Assembly: GCA_030550585.1 (NCBI GenBank) | Contig: JAUQPB010000002.1 | Span: 1 to 64,000, forward strand | Length of the DNA: 64,000 nt | Source: Thermoproteota archaeon | Lineage (GTDB): Archaea > Thermoproteota > Thermoprotei_A > Sulfolobales > Ignisphaeraceae | Direction of reading: 5' to 3' | Part shown: positions 44,712-55,342 of the stretch, piece after piece | Layout: the number at the start of each line of letters is the position of its first letter | Numbering within the stretch: the stretch's first letter is position 1 | Notes under the pieces: generated by a model | Database searches by the model: none | Seen by the model: the letters and a program-made list of their open reading frames with translations, nothing else | What the model was told of the DNA's origin: nothing | Program-made: the position numbers and the translations under genes

Positions 44712-46014
44712 AGCTCTACTTGATGAGGTTAGAGAGGTTACGGTGTTTGTGAATGAAAATGGTTTTGTGACGCAGATAAGGAATGGTATATACAAAGAAC
44801 TTTGTCAAGAATATGAATGTGAGGATCTGACAGTACATGGTATAGCTCTTCCAGGTTTTATAGATATCCATACACATTTAAGAGGATTGATGTTGGCATA
44901 CAAGGAAGATGAGGAAAGTGGGACAAAGGCTGCAGCCAGAGGAGGGTATACAGCAGTAGTAGACATGCCTAATACAGTGCCCCGAATAGATAACTTAGAT
45001 GCATTCGAATCCAAAATAGCAAAGCTAAGTACAAATGCCTATACAGACTTTGGTATAGCTATTGCACCTCCACAAAATAGGAGTTTCGGTGAGTTCAAAT
45101 CTCTTATAATGAAACAAGAGGTCGTGGCAATTGGTGAAATATTCCCAGAAGAACTGAGCATGCTACCTCAAGTTCTCAGCATCTTAGATCAGCTTAGAGT
45201 TAAAAAACTTGTAATGGTACATCCAGAGCATGAGAAATTTATTAATGAATGTGAAAAAGGCTCTAGATGGTTGTGCAGACCCTTAGAAGCAGAGGTGAAA
45301 TCGTTAATAGAGATACGCAAAATTGTATCTAGATCCTTCCATCATATACCACTTCATGTCACACACGCGACAAACCCTATCACCATAACATATGCAAAGA
45401 ACAATGGATTTACCGTTGATACAACACCACATTACATTTACTTATCGAGTGAAGATGAGTACAGAAAAGGTTGTTTAGCTAAGGTGAATCCACCGCTAAG
45501 ACACATTTCTACAACTATTTCAATGCTTCAATATCTACACCATGTAGATGCTATCGCAACAGACCATGCACCACATTCAATCGATGAAAAAACTAGAGAA
45601 TTTTCTGATTGTCCATCTGGCATACCATCTATTGAGGTAGCCTCAGCACTTGTGATAAACCTTGTTTCAAAAAATATTATCGATTTGAATACGCTTGCCA
45701 GGCTTCTGTCTCTAGGCCCTTCAAAAATTCTGGGCTTAGAAAAATGGGGCTGTATCGACATTGGATGTGTAGCCAGCTACTCTGTGGTTGACCCATGGAA
45801 AGAGTGGGTTATAGATTCGTCAAAGTTCTATTCTAAAGCATCTTACAGTCCCTATGACGGGCTCAAAATCAGGGGATCTGTTGAAGCAACAATAATCCGC
45901 GGTGTTGTTGTACATTTAAATGGAGAAATAGTTTCTAAACCTATCGGTAAACCCATTGGGTGTCTACGCAATGGATCAAGAGCCTTCGCTAAGAACATCA
46001 GTTGCAGGGATTGA
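44692..46014 (+). CDS. pyrC: Dihydroorotase
   Basis: PGFIDIHTHLRG, DMPNT, KVNPPLR, TDHAPH. Confidence 0.94.
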   Translation: MRVLFLKALLDEVREVTVFVNENGFVTQIRNGIYKELCQEYECEDLTVHGIALPGFIDIHTHLRGLMLAYKEDEESGTKAAARGGYTAVVDMPNTVPRIDNLDAFESKIAKLSTNAYTDFGIAIAPPQNRSFGEFKSLIMKQEVVAIGEIFPEELSMLPQVLSILDQLRVKKLVMVHPEHEKFINECEKGSRWLCRPLEAEVKSLIEIRKIVSRSFHHIPLHVTHATNPITITYAKNNGFTVDTTPHYIYLSSEDEYRKGCLAKVNPPLRHISTTISMLQYLHHVDAIATDHAPHSIDEKTREFSDCPSGIPSIEVASALVINLVSKNIIDLNTLARLLSLGPSKILGLEKWGCIDIGCVASYSVVDPWKEWVIDSSKFYSKASYSPYDGLKIRGSVEATIIRGVVVHLNGEIVSKPIGKPIGCLRNGSRAFAKNISCRD

Positions 46015-46897
46015 GCTCCTACATCCAATAATGAATGCAAGTGGGTTTCTGGGCTATTCAAAAGAGCATATACGTAGATTGGCTAGCTATGGTTTCTCAG
46101 CCATTGTCACAAAAACCATAACTCCATATCCTAAAAAAGGTTATGACCCCCCAATAATAATTGCACTGTCTAATGGTGGACTTTTAAATGCTGTAGGTCT
46201 TGAAAATCCTGGCAAAGAATGTATAAATGAGATGGTTGAAGAGGCTAAGAAACTGGGGATTCCGATAATAATTAGTGTTGGAGGGGCAACAGAGGAAGAA
46301 TTTGCTGAAGTTGCTGAAGAGGCCGAGCTCAGGGGTGCCACGGCCATTGAATTGAACCTTAGCTGTCCACATGCAAAAGGTTATGGCATTGAAATTGGAA
46401 TGGATCCGCAAAAAGTATTTAGTGTTGTAAAAAACGTGGCTTCGGTTACAAAAATACCTGTCATAGCAAAACTGGGGCTATCAGACAAGGTTTTAGAGTC
46501 TGCTGGAAAAGCTTTAGAGGCTGGGGCTAGTGGGTTAACTTTGATTAACACAATTAAGGCTATGGCTATAGACATATATTCCTTGAAACCAATTTTAACA
46601 AATGTATTTGGAGGATTATCAGGGCCTCCAATACACCCAATAGCCGTGCGTGTTGTCTATGAGGTCTATAGAGAATACAAAGCTGATATAATTGGCTGTG
46701 GTGGTGTAACAAAATGGGAGGATGTAGCAGAGTTTGTGGTGGCAGGTGCAAGAGCAGTTGAAGTAGGCACAGCAATTATCTTCAGTACAACCCAGCATAA
46801 ATTTGTAGAGGAGATGTTGGACAGTCTAAGAAACTGGCTTAAAATGCTTGGTTTTAAAGGTATTGAAGAGGTTGTTGGTATAGCACAAAAGATTTGA
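45971..46897 (+). CDS. pyrD: Dihydroorotate dehydrogenase catalytic subunit
   Basis: MNASG, NAVGLENPG, ELNLSCP, GGLSG. Confidence 0.95.
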   Translation: MDQEPSLRTSVAGIELLHPIMNASGFLGYSKEHIRRLASYGFSAIVTKTITPYPKKGYDPPIIIALSNGGLLNAVGLENPGKECINEMVEEAKKLGIPIIISVGGATEEEFAEVAEEAELRGATAIELNLSCPHAKGYGIEIGMDPQKVFSVVKNVASVTKIPVIAKLGLSDKVLESAGKALEAGASGLTLINTIKAMAIDIYSLKPILTNVFGGLSGPPIHPIAVRVVYEVYREYKADIIGCGGVTKWEDVAEFVVAGARAVEVGTAIIFSTTQHKFVEEMLDSLRNWLKMLGFKGIEEVVGIAQKI

Positions 46898-47577
46898 GTG
46901 AGACTGTGCTCAGAGGGAATATCATAATCAGAGCTAACTGCTCGGACAGAGAGCAGTGGATTAGATTAATAAAGAAGGGGGAGGTGAATGCAGTAGATCT
47001 TTGTCTAGAGGACTACTCTAAGAGCGAAGTAGAGGAGATGAACAGAGTTCTGGAAGACCATAATAAGGTTATGATAGCATATGCAACACCTATTCTGAAC
47101 ATATTCTTTTTACTTGTCGGCAGGCTCTTAACTTTGTTTAAACAATTGCAAAAAATAGACGCTGAGATTGTATTAAATAATAGATTGTTATCGCAAATAA
47201 AGCCTTTTATGCAATTCAAAGACATTGAACCAGCTATTATAGAAAAACAGTTGCGAGGGATATTAGCAATGTCGGGTTGGGACATAAACATAGAGTTGCA
47301 TTTGAGAGAGAATAGAGATGGTGTTATGGTTGTTGTCGGCTCAGGTATAACCTATGGCAACAAGTCAAGTGAAATAGGATATAGAATAGAACTTAGCACT
47401 ACAAAAGATGTTGTGTCGACAAGCATAAGCTCGGTAATAGAGATATTGAACTCTGAGGCTTTCATCTTGAAAGGTTTTAAGACATTTATTGATATGGGAA
47501 AAATTGAGGGCGTCTACACATCGTATATCAGCAAGCTTATAGAGAAAAGGGTTGTAGATTTGAAAGAGATTTTCTAA
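46894..47577 (+). CDS. Hypothetical protein
   Basis: Follows pyrD in same orientation. Confidence 0.55.
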   Translation: MSETVLRGNIIIRANCSDREQWIRLIKKGEVNAVDLCLEDYSKSEVEEMNRVLEDHNKVMIAYATPILNIFFLLVGRLLTLFKQLQKIDAEIVLNNRLLSQIKPFMQFKDIEPAIIEKQLRGILAMSGWDINIELHLRENRDGVMVVVGSGITYGNKSSEIGYRIELSTTKDVVSTSISSVIEILNSEAFILKGFKTFIDMGKIEGVYTSYISKLIEKRVVDLKEIF

Positions 47578-47648
47578 TGAGCTAATGTATTATATCACAT
47601 CTGTGACAAAGCACAGCATTTGTTTTAGAAAATTGATGATAGTCTGTT

Positions 47649-47752
47649 TGGTGCCGCGGCCGGGATTTGAACCCGGGTCTCCCGCGCCTTTTTCTATAAG
47701 GCGTCACGGGCTCGAGAGGCCCGCATACTTGACCGGGCTATACTACCGCGGC
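47649..47752 (-). tRNA. tRNA-Glu(CTC) with 26-nt intron at 45/46 (47679-47704)
   Basis: cgggc-CT CTC GA-gcccg; insertion in variable loop with BHB-type helix CCCG/CGGG, bulges TGA and AGA. Confidence 0.92.
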
Positions 47753-47827
47753 ACTATTACAAAACCAATTTTGTAGTTACCTTAAAAGCTTATTTTAGCA
47801 TTTATCGCCATTGAGGCGCTCTGCTGT

Positions 47828-48169
47828 ATGGTAAGACGTAATAGGGGTGCTATTAGGGATATTGCTATAGAGAGGATGGAGATTCTATTTAAGCTTGGCA
47901 TCGAAGCTGTTAAGAATGGATACACGGATCTAGCCAAACGATATGGCGAACTCTTAATACGGATCTCAATGAGGAATAGAGTCAAAATTCCTAAGGAGAT
48001 TAAGAGGTGGATTTGCAAGCAATGCCATACCATAATGGTTCCAGGATTCAATGCTAGGGTAAGAACGCGTAGAGATGGAAAGGTTTTAAGGGTAGTAACA
48101 AAGTGTCTTTCATGTGGTTGGATACACAGATACCAATTTGTGGTGAGAAGAGGTAGTGGAAGGAGTTAG
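47828..48169 (+). CDS. rnp4: RNase P protein component 4 (Rpp21)
   Basis: [21 protein letters not shown]. Confidence 0.93.
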   Translation: MVRRNRGAIRDIAIERMEILFKLGIEAVKNGYTDLAKRYGELLIRISMRNRVKIPKEIKRWICKQCHTIMVPGFNARVRTRRDGKVLRVVTKCLSCGWIHRYQFVVRRGSGRS

Positions 48170-48449
48170 CAGATATTTCAAAACCTTGAAAAAGCTTAAA
48201 GTGACTCAGCATAGAGCCGATGTGAATATTGGGAAACATGGTTTACACGAAGGTATAATAAGCGAAATTAAAAGGCGTTTAAAGGAACATGGGGTTGTTA
48301 AAATAAGGATTCTCAAAAGTGCACGTAGCAATATTACTGGTGATGATATTAAAAAGCTTGCAGAGCTTCTTGACGCTTTTATTGTAGATGAAAGAGGATA
48401 TACATATGTGCTTATAAGCAGAAAGCGTGAAAAGAAAGCGAGAAGATAA
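48156..48449 (+). CDS. YhbY/CRM RNA-binding protein
   Basis: [20 protein letters not shown]. Confidence 0.88.
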   Translation: MEGVSRYFKTLKKLKVTQHRADVNIGKHGLHEGIISEIKRRLKEHGVVKIRILKSARSNITGDDIKKLAELLDAFIVDERGYTYVLISRKREKKARR

Positions 48450-48468
48450 TCTGACATTGTGATGATTT

Positions 48469-48954
48469 ATGGTTACAGTCAAGGACGTCCCAGCAGACAT
48501 GCTAATAAGAAAGCTTGCAGAGTATCTAAAAGGTAATGTTCCAGCAGTTAAGCCACCTTCATGGGCGATGTTCTCAAAGACAGGTTCGCATAGGGAGAGG
48601 GTTCCAGACGATCCAGATTGGTGGTATATGAGGGCGGCAGCAATACTTAGGAAACTCTATTTAGCAGAGGAACCCCTAGGCGTAGGCACGTTTAGAACTG
48701 TTTTTGGAGGGCTAAAGAGGAGGGGGTCAGCACCTCCTCATTTCAGGAAGGGCGGGGGATCCAATATAAGAAAGATTCTTCAGCAACTAGAAAAAGCTGG
48801 TTTAGTTAGAAAAACTGATAAGGGTAGGGTAATATCAGACGAGGGAAGGAGACTACTGGATACACTAGCTCTAGAAATATTCAAGGATTTATTGAAAGCT
48901 TATCCCGAGCTCTCTAAATATGCTCCCAAATCGTTGATTGCAACAACAAGTTAA
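48469..48954 (+). CDS. rps19e: 30S ribosomal protein S19e
   Basis: DWWYMRAAAILRK, IRKILQQLE.AGLV. Confidence 0.97.
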   Translation: MVTVKDVPADMLIRKLAEYLKGNVPAVKPPSWAMFSKTGSHRERVPDDPDWWYMRAAAILRKLYLAEEPLGVGTFRTVFGGLKRRGSAPPHFRKGGGSNIRKILQQLEKAGLVRKTDKGRVISDEGRRLLDTLALEIFKDLLKAYPELSKYAPKSLIATTS

Positions 48955-49004
48955 TTACCCACTAAAAGGTATACATCTTAGGCTATTGCATATGGTGATC
49001 TTAA

Positions 49005-49361
49005 ATGGCAGGCGAAGCAGCTGTGTACAGCGATGAGGAGGTAGAGGCACTACTTGAGAGAAGATATAGAGAGATGTTGGCCAGAAGACAAGAAGCAGAG
49101 CGAAAAAGGAGAGAATTAGAGGAGGAGGCGAGAAGGCAGGAGATACTGAGGTTAATTCTAACTCCAGAGGCAAGGGAAAGGCTCTCTAACATTAAGCTTG
49201 TGAGGCCAGAGATTGCTAGAGCTGTTGAGGATAGGTTGATAGCATTGGCGGTGCAAGGCAGGATAACCCAGCCTATTACTGATGAAGAGCTTAAGAGTAT
49301 ATTAGCCGAGATCTATGAGAGAACAAGGAGAGATTTTAGGATTAATATACGTGAGAAGTAA
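49005..49361 (+). CDS. PDCD5-like DNA-binding protein
   Basis: ILTPEARERL.NIKLVRPE. Confidence 0.93.
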   Translation: MAGEAAVYSDEEVEALLERRYREMLARRQEAERKRRELEEEARRQEILRLILTPEARERLSNIKLVRPEIARAVEDRLIALAVQGRITQPITDEELKSILAEIYERTRRDFRINIREK

Positions 49362-49380
49362 ACGGTATTGCGTGTCTCAA

Positions 49381-49539
49381 ATGGCGAGAAACAAACCTTT
49401 AGCAAAAAAACTTAGGCTTATAAATAGAGAGAAATCAAATCAGCCTATACCTGTGTGGGTAACAGTAAAAACAATTAGGAAGATTATGAGAGGCTATAGA
49501 TTGAGGAACTGGCGCAGAGCTAAACTAGGTGATGTGTAA
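49381..49539 (+). CDS. rpl39e: 50S ribosomal protein L39e
   Basis: MARNKPLAKKLRL..N.PIPVWV..KT..RNWRR. Confidence 0.95.
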   Translation: MARNKPLAKKLRLINREKSNQPIPVWVTVKTIRKIMRGYRLRNWRRAKLGDV

Positions 49540-49540
49540 C

Positions 49541-49813
49541 ATGCCTAAAGATAAAAGTGAAGGCATAATCCTAATACCTTTAAGATATGTCTACAGAGCT
49601 GGGAGCAGAAGGGATAGAGGAAAAAGGGCAGTAAGATACATAAGGAGATTCTTAGAGAGGCATCTAGGTGGTAGGGTCATCTTAGACCCCATAATCAGTA
49701 TGTATATCTATAGCAGGAAAATCGAAAAGCCGCCAAGAAAGATATTAGTGAGATTCTTAAAGGTAGATAATGGTATATTCAAGGCAATGCTCGCTGTTGA
49801 GGTGAAGAGGTAG
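49541..49813 (+). CDS. rpl31e: 50S ribosomal protein L31e
   Basis: IPLR..R.KRAVRYIRRF..EKPPRKI.V; synteny. Confidence 0.9.
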   Translation: MPKDKSEGIILIPLRYVYRAGSRRDRGKRAVRYIRRFLERHLGGRVILDPIISMYIYSRKIEKPPRKILVRFLKVDNGIFKAMLAVEVKR

Positions 49814-49817
49814 AAGA

Positions 49818-50498
49818 ATGATAGTTATCGAAAAAGCAAATTATAAGGGCAACCCAAATGTAGGTATATATGTTTTTGCAACAGATAGATATGCTCTAAT
49901 TCCTTTTGATGCGGATGAAAAATTCTCAAATCTTATCTCTAGGGTGCTCCAAGTTCCAGTTATAAAAGCATCGATTGCAGATACTGGTTTGTTGGGAATA
50001 TTTGTGGTAGGCAATAATAAGGGTTTGCTTCTTCCTCAATTGGTAAAGGACTGGGAGCTTAGATTGATTAAAAGTAGCATTGATTTGAGTATAGGAGTTG
50101 TTAAATCGAGATATACAGCACTTGGAAATATATGCCTAGTTAATGACAGGGCAGCTCTTATTCATCCAGAAGCCTATGACGATCTCAAAAAGATTGTTGT
50201 TGATGTGCTGGATGTTGAAATAGTTGAAAAAGGAATTATAGCTGGTTTTTCAACTGTTGGTTCAATAGCTTTTGTTAACAATATTGCGGGGCTGGTTCAT
50301 CCTGAGGCTAGCGATAAAGAGGTTGAATATCTTTCAAATGTTTTTCAAGTTCCTTTTGACATAGGGACGGTCAATTTTGGAGTTGGATTTATAAAGTCTG
50401 GTCTTATTGGTAATACAAAAGGAATTATAGTCGGGGATAGAACTACAGGTCCCGAGCTTTTGAGAATAGGTAAGGTGTTTAGGGTGGCAACCTCATGA
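49818..50498 (+). CDS. eif6: Translation initiation factor aIF6
   Basis: GNPNVGIY, ALGN..LVND, GTVNFG, TTGPEL. Confidence 0.95.
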   Translation: MIVIEKANYKGNPNVGIYVFATDRYALIPFDADEKFSNLISRVLQVPVIKASIADTGLLGIFVVGNNKGLLLPQLVKDWELRLIKSSIDLSIGVVKSRYTALGNICLVNDRAALIHPEAYDDLKKIVVDVLDVEIVEKGIIAGFSTVGSIAFVNNIAGLVHPEASDKEVEYLSNVFQVPFDIGTVNFGVGFIKSGLIGNTKGIIVGDRTTGPELLRIGKVFRVATS

Positions 50499-50755
50499 CA
50501 GATGTGAAGATATATAAAGTAGATGGAGTGATGCTAATATCAGCTGATAGGTTGCCAAGGTGGCAAAGGTTTTCAATGGAAGTGAGAGCAGTTAGCGAGA
50601 AGCACGCTCTAGAATATGTCTATTCTGTGCTTGGAGGTAGACACAAGGTTAAGAGAGCAAATATAAAGGTGCTTAAGATAGAGGAGGTGCCACTTGAAAA
50701 AGTTGAGAGCAAATATATAAGGGATTTGGCTACACTAACTAGAATGGTGATTTAA
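50495..50755 (+). CDS. rpl18a: 50S ribosomal protein LX (L18ae)
   Basis: A.EYVYS.LG.RHKVKR..I.I; synteny. Confidence 0.92.
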   Translation: MTDVKIYKVDGVMLISADRLPRWQRFSMEVRAVSEKHALEYVYSVLGGRHKVKRANIKVLKIEEVPLEKVESKYIRDLATLTRMVI

Positions 50756-51222
50756 TGAGTGTTGACAGAGCTGGAGCAGAGGAGGCCATACAACAGCTAC
50801 TTCTTCAGCTTGAGGAGCTTAGAGAGGCTATTAGAGTTGTGCAAACAAGGTCTCTTGCAATATCATCTGAACTACAGGAAATCAGAATAGCATATGAGAC
50901 TCTTAACACCATTCAAAAGCTTTCACAACAAGACGTCTTCACATCGCTTGATAGAAATGGTTATGTATTTGTAAAGGCAAGGCTAGCTTCAATAGACGAG
51001 GCTATTGTTAGGGTTGGCAGAGAATATTATGTGTCGCTTCCAATAGATAAGGCAAAGGGGGTCCTTATGGAATATGAGAAGGAACTTGCTGATGAACTAA
51101 GGGAAGCAGAAGCTGAGCTGAAGAAGCTTACCGAGCTTTACAATCAGATCCAGAAAAAGATGCAAGAGTATGTAGCTATGCTGCAAACTGGTCAGAGAGG
51201 TGGAGGTGCAAAACAGAGCTAA
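50755..51222 (+). CDS. pfdA: Prefoldin alpha subunit
   Basis: Coiled coils flanking beta hairpin VRVGREYYV; synteny. Confidence 0.88.
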   Translation: MSVDRAGAEEAIQQLLLQLEELREAIRVVQTRSLAISSELQEIRIAYETLNTIQKLSQQDVFTSLDRNGYVFVKARLASIDEAIVRVGREYYVSLPIDKAKGVLMEYEKELADELREAEAELKKLTELYNQIQKKMQEYVAMLQTGQRGGGAKQS

Positions 51223-51237
51223 ACAAGGTATCTCCTA

Positions 51238-52155
51238 TTGTTTGGGAAAATAAAAAAGATTTTTCAAGACTTTGCACAGCAAATATCAAATACAGTTCTA
51301 TATAAGACGCTGGACGAAAAAGATGTTGATACATACTGCAACAATCTTTTCATGCAACTTGTAGAATCTGATGTTGCTTATGAAGTTGCTGAGAAGATTG
51401 TTAATAATATTAGGCAACAACTACTAGGAAAAAAAGTTAGAAGAGGCGAAGACGTGAAAAGCTACATAGATAAGATTGTGGAGGAATCATTGGAGAACAT
51501 GCTTAAAAGCATAGGATCCTTTAATTTAATAGACTTTGTGAAAACAACTTTATCGAAGGAAAGACCAGTTAAAATAATGTTTATGGGTATCAATGGAGTT
51601 GGAAAAACAACTACCATAGCCAAGGTCGCGAATATCTTGAAGAATAATGGTCTAAGAGTTTTAATGGTAGCAGCCGATACATTTAGAGCTGGGGCACAAG
51701 AGCAACTCCAAAGACACGCAGAAAGAGTAGGTGTGGCATTTATTGGTGGTAGATATGGTGCCGATCCAGCAGCGATAGCATATGATGGTATTGTCTATGC
51801 GCAAAAGAATGGATTTGATGTTGTTTTGATTGACACAGCTGGTAGAATGCATATAGATGTCGATCTGATGAACGAGCTTAGAAAGGTTGCAAAAGTGGCT
51901 AGACCGCATCTTAAGCTTCTTGTTTTAGATGCTTTAACAGGTAATGATGCATTAGAGCAGTTGAGAGGTTTTGAAGAAGCTGTTGGTGTAGACACAGTTA
52001 TCTTAACAAAGGTTGATGCTGATGCCAATGGCGGTGCAGCTCTAACTGTGTTAATTGGTGTTGGAAAACCAATTGCATATCTAGGTGTTGGTCAGAGATA
52101 TACCGATCTGATTGATTATAATCCTGGTGTTGTGCTTAAAATGCTTTTTAAGTAG
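51238..52155 (+). CDS. ftsY: SRP receptor FtsY
   Basis: GINGVGKTTT, DTFRAGA, DTAGR, TKVD. Confidence 0.96.
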   Translation: MFGKIKKIFQDFAQQISNTVLYKTLDEKDVDTYCNNLFMQLVESDVAYEVAEKIVNNIRQQLLGKKVRRGEDVKSYIDKIVEESLENMLKSIGSFNLIDFVKTTLSKERPVKIMFMGINGVGKTTTIAKVANILKNNGLRVLMVAADTFRAGAQEQLQRHAERVGVAFIGGRYGADPAAIAYDGIVYAQKNGFDVVLIDTAGRMHIDVDLMNELRKVAKVARPHLKLLVLDALTGNDALEQLRGFEEAVGVDTVILTKVDADANGGAALTVLIGVGKPIAYLGVGQRYTDLIDYNPGVVLKMLFK

Positions 52156-52190
52156 ATTTTAGTGATAATAGGTATGAGAGGGTAGAAAAA

Positions 52191-52388
52191 GTGTCGAAAA
52201 CATTGGAAGAAGCGTTCAAGAACATGGGAAAGGTTTTGGAGCTGGCAGAGAAGCCTGATGGGGATGAGTTCAAGCAGATTCTAAAACTGACCCTCCTCGG
52301 TTTTACACTTATAGGCGTCATATCATTTGCTGTGGCCACGGGTCTCTACTACTTGATGGCAGCGCTTGGCATAGCATCAATATCTTAG
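52191..52388 (+). CDS. secE: Protein translocase SecE/Sec61 gamma
   Basis: VL.LA.KPD.DEF, one TM helix. Confidence 0.9.
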   Translation: MSKTLEEAFKNMGKVLELAEKPDGDEFKQILKLTLLGFTLIGVISFAVATGLYYLMAALGIASIS

Positions 52389-52397
52389 AGGCGAGAT

Positions 52398-52907
52398 GTG
52401 ATGGAAGAGATACAAAATAAGAATGAGCAAAAAGAAGAAGGTACTGAAGCAGCTATCTCAAAACAAAATAGCTTTTTTGCTGTTAGAACCACAGCTGGTC
52501 AAGAACTCAACGTTCTTCTAATGCTTGAAGTGAGAGCGAGAACAGCTGGTCTGCCTATATATTCAATCGTTTCGCTACCAAATCTAAAAGGCTATGTAGT
52601 CATGGAAACGCCAGGTCTTCACGTTGTTTATGAAGCCATAAGAGGGTTGAAACACATCAAAGGCAAGGCTTCTGGAACTCTTAAGTGGGAGGCTCTAGAA
52701 TCGTTGCTGAAACCCAAGTCACTTATTGATATGCTAAAAGAGGGTGAGGAAGTCGAAATAATAGCAGGGCCATTTAGGGGAATGAGGGCAAGGGTTGTTG
52801 GCGTGGATAAGGTTAAAAACGAGGTCTCATTAAGTGTTTTAGAAGCGAGCTATCCATTAACAATAACAGTTCCTATAGATTATATTCGACTAGCTAGAAA
52901 GGAGTGA
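52398..52907 (+). CDS. spt5: Transcription elongation factor Spt5
   Basis: [20 protein letters not shown]. Confidence 0.95.
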   Translation: MMEEIQNKNEQKEEGTEAAISKQNSFFAVRTTAGQELNVLLMLEVRARTAGLPIYSIVSLPNLKGYVVMETPGLHVVYEAIRGLKHIKGKASGTLKWEALESLLKPKSLIDMLKEGEEVEIIAGPFRGMRARVVGVDKVKNEVSLSVLEASYPLTITVPIDYIRLARKE

Positions 52908-52914
52908 TCGAACC

Positions 52915-53424
52915 ATGGCTCGAATAAAGGTGGTGAAAGTACAGATAGAAGGAGGTAAAGCGTCAAATGCACCTCCCCTAGGACCTGCCCTAGCTGATGC
53001 TGGACTTAATGTAAATGAGGTTGTTGAGAAGATAAACAGCATGACTGAAGCCTATAAAGGATATACTGTTACTGTTAAGATTGTTATTGATTTAGACACC
53101 AAGAAATATGACATATTCCTTGAATTGCCAACAACAACAAGTTTGCTACTCAATATGGCTAAAGTTTCAGAGCCTTCTGGAGATCCAGCTCATAAAAAGA
53201 TTGGCAACATAACTCTAGAAGATGTTATTAAAGTTGCTCTACTTAAAAAACAAGAGCTAACAGCAAAAAGCCTAAAAGCGGCTGTTAAAACCATTCTTGG
53301 ATCGGCCAGATCTATAGGTCTAACAGTAGATGGAAAAGATCCTAAGGAGCTGGTTGCAGAGCTGGAGAGAGGGTTGTATGATGAAGTTTTGAAAAAATAT
53401 GAAGAGGAATGGTCTAAGAGGTGA
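52915..53424 (+). CDS. rpl11: 50S ribosomal protein L11
   Basis: GGKA..APPLGP, LG.ARS.GLTV. Confidence 0.96.
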   Translation: MARIKVVKVQIEGGKASNAPPLGPALADAGLNVNEVVEKINSMTEAYKGYTVTVKIVIDLDTKKYDIFLELPTTTSLLLNMAKVSEPSGDPAHKKIGNITLEDVIKVALLKKQELTAKSLKAAVKTILGSARSIGLTVDGKDPKELVAELERGLYDEVLKKYEEEWSKR

Positions 53425-53430
53425 GATGAT

Positions 53431-54087
53431 ATGAGCTCTTCCGTAGGTGAGCTGAGAGAACCTTTGAAAAAAGCAATTCAACTTGCCTTACAGGTAAAGA
53501 GACCTTGGAAATATGTGCAATCAATTGAGTTGATACTAACATTTAGAGGTGTTGATGTAAAAAAGCAGCAGGAGTTCAAATTTAGAGATACAGTATTTTT
53601 GCCCAAAGGAGTTGGCAAAGATATTAAAGTTTGCATTGTTACAGATGATGCTATGGTTCAGAAGGTAGTAGAGGCTGGGGCATTTATGGCAATAGGTAAA
53701 AGTGATTTATCGAAAATTGATAAAAAAGGTGCTAAAAAGATTGCAAGCAAATGTGACTGGATTTTAGTCAGATCCGATCTAATGGGCATAGCTGGTAGAG
53801 TTCTAGGTCCAGCACTTGGACCTAGAGGTAAGGCACCAATTCCGTATACTCCAACAGCCGATATAACACAGCTAATTAGTAGGTATAAGAACGCTGTTAG
53901 GCTTCATTCTAAGGAACAACCCTGGGTGGGATGTAAAATAGGTGTTGAGAAGATGTCTCTAGACGATTTAGTTGAGAACGCTCTTCATGTTTTGAACTAT
54001 GTAGAGGAAAAGATTAAAAGACCTCTATTACAAGTTGCAAAGATATATGTTAAAACAACTAGTAGCCCACCAATAGAAGTTTTCTAA
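53431..54087 (+). CDS. rpl1: 50S ribosomal protein L1
   Basis: LGPALGPRGKAP, YVKTT. Confidence 0.95.
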   Translation: MSSSVGELREPLKKAIQLALQVKRPWKYVQSIELILTFRGVDVKKQQEFKFRDTVFLPKGVGKDIKVCIVTDDAMVQKVVEAGAFMAIGKSDLSKIDKKGAKKIASKCDWILVRSDLMGIAGRVLGPALGPRGKAPIPYTPTADITQLISRYKNAVRLHSKEQPWVGCKIGVEKMSLDDLVENALHVLNYVEEKIKRPLLQVAKIYVKTTSSPPIEVF

Positions 54088-54101
54088 GGTGTTGAAAGCA
54101 T

Positions 54102-55187
54102 ATGAAAGCAAAATTTGCGAGAGAATTAGAAAAGATAGTAAAGGTCTATTCAAAGCAGGGAGTAGGGGAACAACATATTAGAAGATCTCTCGAGGAGAAA
54201 AGGAAGGTCGTTGAAGAAGCAAAAAAGCTTTTATCATCATATAAAAGTCTTATTATAGTGGATGCAACCAATGTCCCATCAAGATACATAATGTTCCTTA
54301 GGAAGAAATTGGAGGGTCTTGGCGTAGTTAAACTTTATAAAAACAACTTGCTCTACATAGCAATGAAAGAACTTGGTATGGCAAATGCAGATGAGATGGC
54401 GAAATACCTGCAGAATCAAAACATTGCTGTTTTTATAAATGCAAATCCATTTGAGGCTAGGTTACTGTTAGATAAGATTGCAATGCCTTGGAAAGCTAAA
54501 CCAGGCGACAAAATTGAACATGAAATTGTGGTTCCACCAATCAATACTGGTGTTAAACCAGGGCCTATGATGAGCCTCTTCAGCAAGCTTAAAATACCTA
54601 TTCAAGTTAGGGATGGTGTGATTTGGATAGCTAAAGAAGCTGTCATAGCTAGGCCAGGTGATGTCGTTACACCAGAGCTTTCATCACTATTTGATAGACT
54701 TGGTATTGAGCCAAAATTTATCAAGCCTAGTATAAAGGCTGCTTATGAAGGAGGTATTATAATACCTGGGGAAAAACTTGTTTTAGATATTGACGCCATA
54801 AGAAAGGAGTTTGCGGATGCAATCTCAAATGCAGTCAACATAGCCTCAGAGATTGTGGTTCCGGATCCAATTGTGGTAAAAGCTTCGATTTTCAAAGCAT
54901 ATTCAAGAGCGTTGAAACTTGCCGTAGAGACTGGTGTAGTAACAAAGGATACAGCAACTTTGGTGCTATCAACAGCGGTTGCAAGAGCTTATGTCTTAGC
55001 ACAAATCCTAGCATCTAAGTCTCCTGATCTTGCTCAGCAACTGCAGTTATCTATCACCATTCCACAAGCTGTTCAACAGCCAGAGGCTCAGCAAGCTTCT
55101 AAGGCTGAGGAGAAGAAAGAGGAGGAGAAGAAGGAGGCTGTTTCAGAGGAACAGCTAGCAGAAGGTTTATCAGCACTCTTTGGCTAG
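54102..55187 (+). CDS. rpl10: 50S ribosomal protein L10 (P0)
   Basis: KNNL, TGVKPGP, C-terminal EEKKEEEKK..GLSALFG. Confidence 0.95.
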   Translation: MKAKFARELEKIVKVYSKQGVGEQHIRRSLEEKRKVVEEAKKLLSSYKSLIIVDATNVPSRYIMFLRKKLEGLGVVKLYKNNLLYIAMKELGMANADEMAKYLQNQNIAVFINANPFEARLLLDKIAMPWKAKPGDKIEHEIVVPPINTGVKPGPMMSLFSKLKIPIQVRDGVIWIAKEAVIARPGDVVTPELSSLFDRLGIEPKFIKPSIKAAYEGGIIIPGEKLVLDIDAIRKEFADAISNAVNIASEIVVPDPIVVKASIFKAYSRALKLAVETGVVTKDTATLVLSTAVARAYVLAQILASKSPDLAQQLQLSITIPQAVQQPEAQQASKAEEKKEEEKKEAVSEEQLAEGLSALFG

Positions 55188-55342
55188 CTTTGGCTAATCA
55201 AAGTTATTTTACTTAAAGACATAAATGTTTGTTGCAACTTCTCACCTCTAGAATTCTCCAACATGCGATAGTATAGAGCTAAGTTGGTTGCCAGAATATT
55301 TTTGAATATCTTTATGAGGCGCATTAATTTGTATTGTTTAGA

